Shown: positions 39,470 to 48,522 of the stretch, one piece after another
Position numbering within the stretch: position 1 is the first letter of the stretch
Layout of the letters: each line of letters begins with the position of its first letter
From: an uncultured Pseudomonadota bacterium
GTDB taxonomy: Bacteria > Pseudomonadota > Alphaproteobacteria > Rs-D84
Length of the DNA stretch: 64,000 nt
Direction of reading: 5' to 3'
Assembly: GCA_902771095.1 (NCBI GenBank)
Contig: CACXVH010000001.1
Coordinates: 12,197 to 76,196, forward strand
Position numbers and translations under genes: made by a program
Notes under the pieces: model-generated
Seen by the model: only the letters and a program-made list of their open reading frames with translations
Database searches by the model: none
What the model was told of the DNA's origin: nothing

Positions 39470-40990
39470 ATGTATAAGTTTTATTTACATGTGGTTGCTT
39501 TGTGCGCACTGGTTTTGTGTGCATGTGATTTGCAACCTAAAATTGCTTCTATCCCTGATAACATAGGTATGTTCATTGAAACGCGTTATCCAGCATTGTT
39601 GGCAGACCCGCAAAATCAACCAGAAATATATAATTCTGCGGTCACTGATTATGGTGTTTATGCATCGCCTGAATTATATGGTTCTGCAAACATAGAAGAT
39701 TATGTTTTGTATGCCAGTGTTGATGACTATGTTTTAACCCCCGAAGAAAAAGTTATAAATGTTGATACAGGAAAAGAAATTATCGAAGAAGATGATGAAC
39801 AAGATGAAGATTTTGTAGATCCAGAAATAATGTCTGAATATTTACTTGTGCCTCTATACGGCGGAAATACTGTGTTGGACGAAATTGAAGAAGAAAAAAC
39901 AACAGAAACAAAATCTGAAAAAGATAACAAAAAAGAATTTGTTCCAAATGAAAATAATAAACCTTTGGATGGTGATATGGTCACTGTTGAACGCGGGGAT
40001 ACATTGTATGCGCTGGCACGCAGAAGTAATACGACTGTTGCAGAATTGGCAAAATTAAACGATTTGAAAGAACCGTATACTTTATCTGTCGGGCAAAAGT
40101 TAAAGTTGCGTGTGGCAAAACCGGTCGAAAAAAAGATTGAAAAACCAGTGCCTAATGTGATTTCCGAAGAAAAAGTAAAACAAATCAAGGAAGAAAAGGC
40201 AAAAACCGTTCTCAAAGAAACCGTAAAACCAACATCTACGAAACGCGTTGATTTACAGGAAATAACAGTGGCAAAGGGTGATACATTGTATTCTTTGTCG
40301 CGCAAATATGAAATCCCTGTTAATGATTTGGCGGTCATGAATAAATTATCTGCGCCTTTTACTTTATCTGTGGGGCAAAAGTTAAAGGTTCCAAAATTGG
40401 ATACTGTTCAAACAAAACCGTCCGTGGTTGTGAAAAAAACTGTTGATAAAAAAACAGATAAGAAAATTACACCTGCAAAAACAACGACCAAACAAACAAC
40501 GACAACAAAGTCAAAGGCAGAAAAACAGCCGGATACAAAGGTCAAAGAAAAACAAAAAACGCAAACAAAAACAGAATCAAAAAATACTTCAAATAAAATT
40601 GTTGCACGGTCCAGTTCAAAGTTTTCTTGGCCAGTGCGTGGAACAATTTTGTCTGGATATGGTCCGAAAAATGGTGGTTTGGTTAATGATGGTATAAATA
40701 TATCTGCACCGCTAAATACTGTTGTCAAAGCGGCAGAAAATGGTGTCGTTGCATATGCTGGGAATGAAGTAAAGGGTATGGGTAATTTGATTATTATTCA
40801 GCACAGTGATGGTTGGATGACGGTCTATGCACACTTGAATTCAATGGATGTTCGTCGTGGTGCGCGGGTCAGTGTCGGTCAGGCAATTGGTAAAATTGGT
40901 AAAACGGGTAAGGTTGATAAGCCACAATTACACTTTGAAATTCGCAAAGGGACAAAATCGTATAATCCAACAAATTATTTAAAGAAATAA
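39470..40990 (+). CDS. LysM-domain M23 murein endopeptidase lipoprotein (NlpD-like)
   Basis: 506 aa from the internal ATG. Lipobox LVLCAC|D. Two LysM repeats (VERGDTLYALAR ... VGQKLKL; VAKGDTLYSLSR ... VGQKLKV). C-terminal M23 domain (HSDGWMTVYAHL ... GKVDKPQLHFEIRKG). Confidence 0.8.
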   Translation: MYKFYLHVVALCALVLCACDLQPKIASIPDNIGMFIETRYPALLADPQNQPEIYNSAVTDYGVYASPELYGSANIEDYVLYASVDDYVLTPEEKVINVDTGKEIIEEDDEQDEDFVDPEIMSEYLLVPLYGGNTVLDEIEEEKTTETKSEKDNKKEFVPNENNKPLDGDMVTVERGDTLYALARRSNTTVAELAKLNDLKEPYTLSVGQKLKLRVAKPVEKKIEKPVPNVISEEKVKQIKEEKAKTVLKETVKPTSTKRVDLQEITVAKGDTLYSLSRKYEIPVNDLAVMNKLSAPFTLSVGQKLKVPKLDTVQTKPSVVVKKTVDKKTDKKITPAKTTTKQTTTTKSKAEKQPDTKVKEKQKTQTKTESKNTSNKIVARSSSKFSWPVRGTILSGYGPKNGGLVNDGINISAPLNTVVKAAENGVVAYAGNEVKGMGNLIIIQHSDGWMTVYAHLNSMDVRRGARVSVGQAIGKIGKTGKVDKPQLHFEIRKGTKSYNPTNYLKK

Positions 40991-41020
40991 AAAGGGGCGA
41001 AAAATCGCCCCTGTTTTTTA
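40991..41020. terminator. Bidirectional rho-independent terminator
   Basis: AGGGGCG-AAAAAT-CGCCCCT hairpin followed by a T6 run, between convergent genes. Confidence 0.8.
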
Positions 41021-41031
41021 ACAATGATTTT

Positions 41032-41580
41032 TTATTGTTTTAATGTACCCCATGCAGCTTTGTATCCGCCATCGCGTGTCAGTATCAATTTAGCATTGTT
41101 TAATTGTGTTGCTGTTAATCCGCGAACTATATAGGTTTGTTGTAAGCGGTCGCCAGCATTGCTGACTGATAACTTTGGAAGGTCAACTGACATTGCTTCC
41201 GTTGCACAGCATGTGTTGTCGTTGCAAGCACCACATTGATAAATTTGTGCTGTGTAAATTGTGTTTGGACGCAAATATATTAAATCAGTGTTCATTTGTA
41301 AGCCGTCATTAGTTTCTGTGAACCAAATTGCCCCCATTTCTGCATCGCCACCTTGGGAACTGCGGGTTGCCATATTGGCTTTTACTCTTTTAACATCGGA
41401 GCCAGAATATGTCTGTTGGAATACCATTGGTTTTCCATCGTGTATTTTTTTATTATGTTTTTTGTGCTGTTGGTTATATGCACCACGGTCGTGCGTTTGT
41501 GTTGGGCATGTTGTGCAAGCACTTGTTAACAAAGTGACAGTACAAAGCGATGTCAGAACAAATAAAGTTTTATTTTTCAT
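41032..41580 (-). CDS. Hypothetical Cys-rich lipoprotein
   Basis: 182 aa. Lipobox LLTSAC|T and 10 Cys residues. No recognised domain. Confidence 0.4.
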   Translation of the reverse strand: MKNKTLFVLTSLCTVTLLTSACTTCPTQTHDRGAYNQQHKKHNKKIHDGKPMVFQQTYSGSDVKRVKANMATRSSQGGDAEMGAIWFTETNDGLQMNTDLIYLRPNTIYTAQIYQCGACNDNTCCATEAMSVDLPKLSVSNAGDRLQQTYIVRGLTATQLNNAKLILTRDGGYKAAWGTLKQ

Positions 41581-41673
41581 ATTTTTCTCCTTTTTTGGGT
41601 TTACAGAGTTATTTTATATTAAAGTATCGAAAATATCGCCAGGTTTGAATGCCTAGGGTTTTTGTGATAAAAC

Positions 41674-41701
41674 TTGCATTTTACGGAAAATGGTATATAA
41701 T
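41674..41701 (+). promoter_or_regulatory. Sigma70-like promoter for tRNA-Lys
   Basis: TTGCAT-N16-TATAAT, ending 20 nt upstream of the tRNA 5' end. Confidence 0.6.
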
Positions 41702-41720
41702 CTCGTTGCAAAAAAGTTCT

Positions 41721-41796
41721 GGATGCATAGCTCAGTTGGTAGAGCAACTGACTCTTAATCAGTGGGTCCAGGGTTCGAGTCCCTGTGCGTCCACCA
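41721..41796 (+). tRNA. tRNA-Lys (anticodon CUU), CCA encoded
   Basis: Cloverleaf folded by hand. The acceptor stem GGATGCA/TGCGTCC has one G-U pair. D-arm GCTC ... GAGC. The anticodon stem ACTGA/TCAGT encloses loop CTCTTAA (U33, CUU, A37). T-arm CAGGG-TTCGAGT-CCCTG. Followed by CCA. Confidence 0.85.
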
Positions 41797-41826
41797 GAAA
41801 TAGGCACGCCCATTTGGACGTGTTTT
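41777..41826. repeat. Direct repeat copy 1: tRNA-Lys 3' end plus terminator
   Basis: GAGTCCCTGTGCGTCCACCAGAAATAGGCACGCCCATTTGGACGTGTTTT. The terminator stem has one mismatch. Confidence 0.9.
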
Positions 41827-41953
41827 ATTTTTATGGCACGGGACGAGAACCCGAACAAAGTTGCGAAGCAACGAAGGGTTCGAAAACAAGTAGATTTTAC
41901 AAGCGAAGCGAAGTGAAATCGTCACGGTTTGCGCGCAGGCATTTATGCCGAGC

Positions 41954-42003
41954 GAGTCCCTGTGCGTCCACCAGAAATAGGCACGCCCGTTTGGGCGTGT
42001 TTT
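41954..42003. repeat. Direct repeat copy 2: duplicated tRNA-Lys 3' end plus perfect terminator
   Basis: GAGTCCCTGTGCGTCCACCAGAAATAGGCACGCCCGTTTGGGCGTGTTTTT. There are 48/50 identities with copy 1. The hairpin CACGCCC-GTTT-GGGCGTG is perfect and is followed by a T5 run. Confidence 0.9.
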
Positions 42004-42085
42004 TCTTTCGTTGAATTTAATCCCGTGTATCGCTTTTATATGAAATTTGTGATACAATAATTTCATATACAAAAGGATAAAGTGT

Positions 42086-44719
42086 ATGAAATATATGGGT
42101 CTGACTTCTAAACAAGTTTTTCAAAGCAGAAAAAAGTTTGGTTCTAATATTGTTCCAGGGGTAAAGCCAAAAAGTGCTTGGTATTTTTTTATGGAAACTT
42201 TCCATGACAAAATAAATCTTATTTTATTGGGTATGCTGGTTTTGTTTTTTGTGTTGGCTGTATTTGGCTTTGGCGGATATATTGAATCAATTGGGGTAGG
42301 GCTTGTTTTATTATGTGTTGGTATTATTGGAACAATTACTAAACTACGCGCACAGAAATATTCTTTGGATTTAAAAAATAAAACCGCTGTGCGATATGTC
42401 ATGGTTGTTCGTAATGGGAAATTCAAAACGATAAACACAGATGATATAGTTGTTGGGGATATCGTTTTTTTACAGTCCGGGGAAACCGTGCCTGCGGATG
42501 GTTATATCTTGGATGGTCGTATAAATGTGAATAATTCTGTGCTTAATGGGGAATCAGCAGAATGTCTAAAAGAACCAATAATCGGATTCAAGTATAACCG
42601 TAAAGCAACAATTACAGCTGATGATTATGTTAGTAAAAATTTGATGTTTTCTGGAACTACTGTGCAAAGCGGGGAATGCTTTATGGTTGTTGGCAAAGTA
42701 GGTATACATACTGAAAATGCAAAAACGTTGTTATCTATGCGAAACATAGAAGAAGTTAAAACTGATTTAGATATAAAACTGGATAAACTGGCGTTAACCA
42801 TAGGGCGCTTTGGCTATATTGGGGGAATCATAGTTGCGCTTGTATTGTTAATGGATACAGTTGTGATTGCAGGTGGTATACATGCTTTTTTATCAAGTGG
42901 AACATTGAATATAATTCATCAATGTTTAAATGTTTTAATTGTGTCTTTGACCATTGTTGTCGCTGCTGTACCCGAAGGATTACCTTTTATCATTACTATA
43001 ATCATATCACAAAATGCGCGTAATATGATAAAGCACAATGTGTTGGCAAAAAACACTCATAAAATTCCAGAGGCAGGAAATATACAAATCTTGTGTACAG
43101 ATAAAACGGGGACTTTGACATATGGTAATTTAATTCCAATTACGAATTATTTGGGTGATGGAAGCCAGGTTGATTTTAATTCTGATTTACCTATATCACG
43201 ATTTATTGCTGCTGATATTTTATTTAATACGGGTGCGAATTTTGATGAAAAAGGTAAGATTGTAGGCGGAACAAGTACACAACGCGCACTGTTGTCTGCG
43301 TTGGATAGAAATTCAAAATTATTCAAATCTGTCCAGAAAGAGATAAAAACTTTGGATAAAATCCCGTTCGATAGCGCGAATAAATTTTCTGCAGTACGCG
43401 TTATGCGACAAAAAGATAGAAAACAATTTGTGCTTTATACTGGTGCACCTGAAATTATACTTGAACATGTGACCAGGTATATTGATGTAAACGGCGTATC
43501 TCACCGTATAGACAAAAATAAGATGATGAAAATCATTCGTGAAAATGCTAAACAAGCAAAACGGATTTTGGCATTAGCTTTTGTATCTGGAAATAAATTG
43601 AATGCAAAATTACCTGATGATTTGACATTGATATCGTTGGTCAGTATTCGTGATGATGTCCGGCGCGAAGTCCCAAGTGCTGTGGCGCGTATGAGAAATG
43701 CTGGCATCCATGTGATTATGATGACTGGTGACATATTAGATACTGCGCGGGCAATTGCTGTGGACAGCGGAATTGTGAACAGCGATAATGATTTGGTTTT
43801 AACTGCACATGAATTAGATACAATGACTGACAAGGAAATAAAAAAGAATTTGTATAAAATAAAAGTGATTGCACGTGCTGTGCCAAAAACTAAATTGCGA
43901 TTGGTCAAAGTAGCTCAAGAAATGAATCTTTGTATCGGTATGTGTGGCGATGGGACAAACGATGCACCAGCATTAAGGCGCGCCGATGTCGGCTTTGCAA
44001 TGGGCAGCGGAACCGATGTTTGTAAAGAAGCGGGCGATATCATAATTACTGATGATAATTTTGTATCTATTGCAAATGCTGTATTATTTGGACGAACTTT
44101 CTTACATAATGTGACTAAGTTTTTATCTTTTCAAATGCCAATAAATATCACTTTGATTATATTAAGTGTTTTTTATCCTGTTGTTTTTTTGATTCCTGCG
44201 TTTGTGGCTGTTCAAATTCTGGTTATAAATATTTGTGAAGACAGTTTAAATTCGCTTGCTTTTGGTGGCGAACCCGCTAAAGCGGAATATATGAATATGC
44301 CACCGCAACCGAAGGGTGCTTCGCTTTTTGCTGGGGGGGCTTTGACTAAAATTATTGCATCTTCAATAGAATTTTTAATCATATTTTCTTTATTGTTTGT
44401 TCCGTCTATACGGCAGATTTTCGGCGATAGCGAATCTTTGAATTTAACAGTGCGTTTTGCTTTGATTATGCTGGTTGCTGCATTTAATGGCTTTAATGTT
44501 CGTGTTGATGATATGCATCTGTTCCGTGGCATAGGTAAAAATCCGATGTTTTTAGTGGTTGCTTTGTGTATTGTTATTGGCACAGTAGCCATTGTTAGTT
44601 TTGGTGGCGATTTATCCCAAGTTGTGCCGTTATCATATGAACAGTGGTTGGTTATCTTTGGGTTGGCTTTCTTGGTAATTCCAATGGATTTAATCAGAAA
44701 ACTGTTTGTCAAAAGGTAG
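42086..44719 (+). CDS. P-type cation-transporting ATPase (type II, Ca2+/Mg2+-ATPase-like)
   Basis: 877 aa. Phosphorylation motif DKTGTLT, nucleotide-binding MMTGD, hinge GDGTNDAPAL, about 10 TM helices with PEGLP in TM4. Confidence 0.85.
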   Translation: MKYMGLTSKQVFQSRKKFGSNIVPGVKPKSAWYFFMETFHDKINLILLGMLVLFFVLAVFGFGGYIESIGVGLVLLCVGIIGTITKLRAQKYSLDLKNKTAVRYVMVVRNGKFKTINTDDIVVGDIVFLQSGETVPADGYILDGRINVNNSVLNGESAECLKEPIIGFKYNRKATITADDYVSKNLMFSGTTVQSGECFMVVGKVGIHTENAKTLLSMRNIEEVKTDLDIKLDKLALTIGRFGYIGGIIVALVLLMDTVVIAGGIHAFLSSGTLNIIHQCLNVLIVSLTIVVAAVPEGLPFIITIIISQNARNMIKHNVLAKNTHKIPEAGNIQILCTDKTGTLTYGNLIPITNYLGDGSQVDFNSDLPISRFIAADILFNTGANFDEKGKIVGGTSTQRALLSALDRNSKLFKSVQKEIKTLDKIPFDSANKFSAVRVMRQKDRKQFVLYTGAPEIILEHVTRYIDVNGVSHRIDKNKMMKIIRENAKQAKRILALAFVSGNKLNAKLPDDLTLISLVSIRDDVRREVPSAVARMRNAGIHVIMMTGDILDTARAIAVDSGIVNSDNDLVLTAHELDTMTDKEIKKNLYKIKVIARAVPKTKLRLVKVAQEMNLCIGMCGDGTNDAPALRRADVGFAMGSGTDVCKEAGDIIITDDNFVSIANAVLFGRTFLHNVTKFLSFQMPINITLIILSVFYPVVFLIPAFVAVQILVINICEDSLNSLAFGGEPAKAEYMNMPPQPKGASLFAGGALTKIIASSIEFLIIFSLLFVPSIRQIFGDSESLNLTVRFALIMLVAAFNGFNVRVDDMHLFRGIGKNPMFLVVALCIVIGTVAIVSFGGDLSQVVPLSYEQWLVIFGLAFLVIPMDLIRKLFVKR

Positions 44720-44761
44720 GTAATTCTTGCAAAAATTGTGTTTTGTGATTAAATAATCTGT

Positions 44762-45448
44762 ATGAAAATCATAGATGCACATACACATATTGATTATATA
44801 ACCCCCATATTTCAAAAAGATGTTGTGGGGGCTGTCTGTTGTGCTACACAAGAATCTGATTGGCCAAAAATACTGGATTTAATGAAAGTGGATAATCATA
44901 TATATGGTGCTTTTGGCATTCATCCTTGGTTTGTTGAGGATGTTAATGATGATTTTGATAAAAAATTAAAACAATTATTACAAAGCAATTCGAATTATAT
45001 GGTCGGTGAAATCGGGGTGGATAAATATAAACCAGATATGGAAAAGCAGATGGATATTTTTATTAAACAATTTGAATTGGCTATTATATTAAAACGAATC
45101 GTTTGTTTACATTGTGTTGGTGCGTGGGATAAAATTTTGCGTGTTTTGAAACAGTATAATAAAGAAAATTTACCACCAATTATTGTTCACGGATTTAATG
45201 AAAACGAACAAATAATGACACAATTATTGCAATATAAAAATGTATTTTTTTCATTAAATAAAAATTCTGTATACGGTAAAAACTGTCGTATAGAGCAAAT
45301 ACCACAAAATAATATTTTAATAGAAACAGATGGTAAACCAGATGCGATATTGTCTGAATTGATTGATGTGATAGCCAAAAGAAAAAACAAATCGAATTTG
45401 CCAGAAATTATATATAATAATATGCAAAGGGTTTTAAATAATGAATAG
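44762..45448 (+). CDS. TatD-family metal-dependent hydrolase/DNase
   Basis: 228 aa. N-terminal IDAHTHID and further conserved His/Glu/Asp positions of the TatD/YcfH family. Confidence 0.75.
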   Translation: MKIIDAHTHIDYITPIFQKDVVGAVCCATQESDWPKILDLMKVDNHIYGAFGIHPWFVEDVNDDFDKKLKQLLQSNSNYMVGEIGVDKYKPDMEKQMDIFIKQFELAIILKRIVCLHCVGAWDKILRVLKQYNKENLPPIIVHGFNENEQIMTQLLQYKNVFFSLNKNSVYGKNCRIEQIPQNNILIETDGKPDAILSELIDVIAKRKNKSNLPEIIYNNMQRVLNNE

Positions 45449-46115
45449 ATTACACAGAATAACTTTGTTAATTGGGAATGAAGCAGTTAAAAAATTACAA
45501 AAATCAACAGTCATGGTTGTCGGATGTGGTGCTGTGGGATCTTTTGCAATTGAATCGTTGGCACGAAGTGGGCTGGGGCATATAATCTTGGTTGATTTTG
45601 ATAAAATTGAAGAATCAAATATAAACAGACAATTATTTGCATTAGATTCTACAATCGGTAAATCAAAAGTGGATGTTGCCAACATGCGAATCGCTGATAT
45701 AAATCCAAAAATCAAGGTTGATACATTTAATATGTTTTTTGATGAAAATACTGTATTAGATGTAAAACCAGATTTTGTCATAGATGCCATAGATACTGTT
45801 CCGTCTAAAATAGCATTATATAAATGGTGTTTTGATAATGATATTCCATTTATATCATCAATGGGGGCAGCGCGAAAAACCGATTTAACAAAAATAAAAA
45901 TAGGGACAATATCTAAAACGACAGTGTGCCCATTGGCATCCAAAATTAGGCATCAGATTCGTGATTTGAATATGAACGATTTTCCTGTTGTGTATTCAAT
46001 CGAATCTGCAACACCACAAAAAAATGTGGGCAAGGAATTTGGTTCTGTTATTACAGTAACAGGTATGTTTGGTTTAATGTTATCCGATTTTGTTATTAAA
46101 AAATTAATTTCTTGA
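45441..46115 (+). CDS. tcdA: tRNA threonylcarbamoyladenosine dehydratase (ThiF/MoeB-like, TcdA/CsdL)
   Basis: 224 aa. Rossmann GCGAVGS motif and the LVDFDKIEESNINRQ block of E1-like enzymes. Confidence 0.75.
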   Translation: MNRLHRITLLIGNEAVKKLQKSTVMVVGCGAVGSFAIESLARSGLGHIILVDFDKIEESNINRQLFALDSTIGKSKVDVANMRIADINPKIKVDTFNMFFDENTVLDVKPDFVIDAIDTVPSKIALYKWCFDNDIPFISSMGAARKTDLTKIKIGTISKTTVCPLASKIRHQIRDLNMNDFPVVYSIESATPQKNVGKEFGSVITVTGMFGLMLSDFVIKKLIS

Positions 46116-46244
46116 ATATTTTGTATACGGTAGATTCTGTCGTATATAAGAAATATATCCTATGGATACATGCCTATATAATTATCGCATATTGTTTGAT
46201 AGAATGGTTGTGTTGAGATTAATCAGCAACAAAAGGAGAAACTT

Positions 46245-46859
46245 ATGAAAAAACTTATTGCCGGTTCATTGGCAGTATTAGTAGCCGCGCCAGCTTTTGC
46301 AGGTGGGCAAGGTTATAAACAAGAAACAACAAATTTTCTTGGTTGGGACATTTTACCTTATGTCGCAGTACGTGGTGGTGCTACATATGGTAATTTGAAC
46401 TATAATTTCAATGATACCAAAAAAAGCGTGTCACAAGATTTGTATCAGGTGCGTGCCGCTCTTGGTTTAAGTATGTATGATACTGCACGTTTTGAAATCG
46501 AAGGTTCTTTCTTTACAAGGGGAAAGGATACCAAAGATTTTGGAACAATAGAAAATGTAAAGGTCACATCTGATAATATAGAATTGATGGCTAATGCATA
46601 TATGGATATCGGGCGTTTCCACTATATCCAACCATTTGCTGGTATCGGTGCCGGTATGGCATTTATTGATACAAAAGCAAGTGTAGCAGGTATATCTGAT
46701 AAAAAAGATAATACAAGATTTTCTGCAATGGCGACATTGGGCTTAGCAATGCCATTTGGGTGCTATGCTGTGGATGTAGCCGCACGTTATAACTATATTG
46801 ATGTTGCTTCTGGAATGCATGATTTCAGTGGAGATATCGGTATTCGTTATATGTTCTAA
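46245..46859 (+). CDS. Small outer-membrane beta-barrel protein (OmpA-like/opacity family)
   Basis: 204 aa. Signal peptide. Alternating hydrophobic beta-strand pattern. C-terminal aromatic residue (IGIRYMF). Confidence 0.6.
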   Translation: MKKLIAGSLAVLVAAPAFAGGQGYKQETTNFLGWDILPYVAVRGGATYGNLNYNFNDTKKSVSQDLYQVRAALGLSMYDTARFEIEGSFFTRGKDTKDFGTIENVKVTSDNIELMANAYMDIGRFHYIQPFAGIGAGMAFIDTKASVAGISDKKDNTRFSAMATLGLAMPFGCYAVDVAARYNYIDVASGMHDFSGDIGIRYMF

Positions 46860-46947
46860 GCTTTCCTTGTCTCGCTTTGAAATCCCGTTTTTACGGGATT
46901 TTTTTGTTGTTAGATGTTCAAATTATGTGCTAGTATAACTTAATGTT

Positions 46948-48519
46948 ATGAAAAGATTCCTTATACTTGTTTCATTGTTTTGCTTATGTACTGTTGCGCA
47001 TGCTGCGCAATACTTTGAAGCAGGGGTGAATTATTCTGGGATTTCTACTTTTTCAGATTCAATTGTTTATATCGATAGTGGGGCAATTGTTTCTTCAACA
47101 GGTAATAATATAATAATGAACGAACCTGTTTATTTATATAACAGTGGGCATATAGACGGAACAATAAACACAAATGGAAATACTTTGGTTGTTTATAATT
47201 CTGGACTGATGAATGGCGGGATAAATCCAAACGGTGGTTTGGTAAAACAGGTTATTACTGCGCCATCAGAAATAACAAATATTGGTATGCCCATGGGACA
47301 AAGTCCTGTTGTCGCAATAGAAAATTATGATAATTTTGATTTTAATAATTTGGATAGTATAAATGCGCAATCTTTTATCATAACTGATTCATCGATAGTT
47401 ATGGATAATTTTTCAGATTGGCAAATGTGTCCAGAAAATATAGAACTTAATGGCAATGTTTCTTTGATTATAAATAATCCGGACAGTGTCAATTCTGGTG
47501 AAGTTATAAAATACACAAAAAGCGGCACCAGAATTTTTGTTAAAATCAATAAGTTAGATAAAATGTATAAACCTGTATTAAAAGTTTCTAATGGTGGTAT
47601 TGTTTTGGATATCGTGCGTGAAACTGATTATAGTGTCATTTTTGGTAATGGTAATAGCGATGAGGATAAAAGAAATACTGCATTAGAAACAATAAGAGAT
47701 AATCATCCGAATGATAAATTATTAAAGGCTTTGGATGCAGCAGACAATTTGGGTGAAATAAAAAGATTAGAAAATTTATCGTATAGGTTTAATCATGGCA
47801 TTTTGTTGCGACCAATTAAAATGATAACGAAATTTTCAATGTCTGATTTAATAACCAATGAAAAAGATTTAGGGGTTGGTGTTATTCCGTATTATATCAT
47901 GTCAGATAAAATGGATGCAGTGGATGGGCATTTGTATATCGGGCATAAACACGATAATTTGTATTTCTATGCTGGGGTTAATTTGAATAAGTTTGAATAT
48001 AGTGATGAATTAAATGATTTTTCAGGGTTGTCTTATGGAATGGATTTTCAATCCAGACAAACATTTGATAAATTTTGGATTAACGAAGTATTGGGTTTTT
48101 CTTTGACAAGTTTCAAGGCAGATTATATTTCGATGGATGGCAAGATAAAAAATAATCCTTTGGGATTTTCTTGGTATGGTGATTTGTCTGTTGGGTATGA
48201 TTTTAATACGGATGAAAATATAATACTGACGCCAATTATGGGGCTTTCCTATCAACCGTATAATATAGCAGATGTTTCAGAAACAGATTCTTTTGTGCAT
48301 ATTGGAGCCGATGCAAAATACTTTTTTGTTGTGGATGGAATCAAATATGAATATGTTCTATCTGCTGCATACGGCACAAATGGTGATTTATTTGCTAATT
48401 TAAAAATAGGTTTTACATCTGTAATGGATGAAGCAGGTGTGTCGTTAAACACAGGTGTATTGAAAGATGATTTTGATTATCATTACAAAATATCACTAAA
48501 CGCAAAAGTAATGTTTTAA
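46948..48519 (+). CDS. Outer-membrane protein, autotransporter-like (beta-helix-like passenger plus C-terminal barrel)
   Basis: 523 aa. Signal peptide. N-terminal Asn/Gly-rich degenerate repeats (NSGxIDGTINTNGNTLVVYNSG). C-terminal amphipathic strands ending in the terminal Phe typical of OMP barrels. Confidence 0.45.
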   Translation: MKRFLILVSLFCLCTVAHAAQYFEAGVNYSGISTFSDSIVYIDSGAIVSSTGNNIIMNEPVYLYNSGHIDGTINTNGNTLVVYNSGLMNGGINPNGGLVKQVITAPSEITNIGMPMGQSPVVAIENYDNFDFNNLDSINAQSFIITDSSIVMDNFSDWQMCPENIELNGNVSLIINNPDSVNSGEVIKYTKSGTRIFVKINKLDKMYKPVLKVSNGGIVLDIVRETDYSVIFGNGNSDEDKRNTALETIRDNHPNDKLLKALDAADNLGEIKRLENLSYRFNHGILLRPIKMITKFSMSDLITNEKDLGVGVIPYYIMSDKMDAVDGHLYIGHKHDNLYFYAGVNLNKFEYSDELNDFSGLSYGMDFQSRQTFDKFWINEVLGFSLTSFKADYISMDGKIKNNPLGFSWYGDLSVGYDFNTDENIILTPIMGLSYQPYNIADVSETDSFVHIGADAKYFFVVDGIKYEYVLSAAYGTNGDLFANLKIGFTSVMDEAGVSLNTGVLKDDFDYHYKISLNAKVMF

Positions 48520-48522
48520 TGG

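Noticed and set aside
41032-41580. Possible Cu,Zn-superoxide dismutase assignment for the 182-aa Cys-rich lipoprotein.
   Set aside because: The His-rich metal-binding motifs of SodC (HxH ... H ... H ... H ... D) are absent. It was kept as a hypothetical lipoprotein.
41649-42072. ORFs 41649..42014 (+, 121 aa) and 41755..42072 (-, 105 aa).
   Set aside because: Both run through the tRNA-Lys gene, its terminator and the duplicated repeat. Their translations are dominated by the repeated sequence, so they are non-coding.
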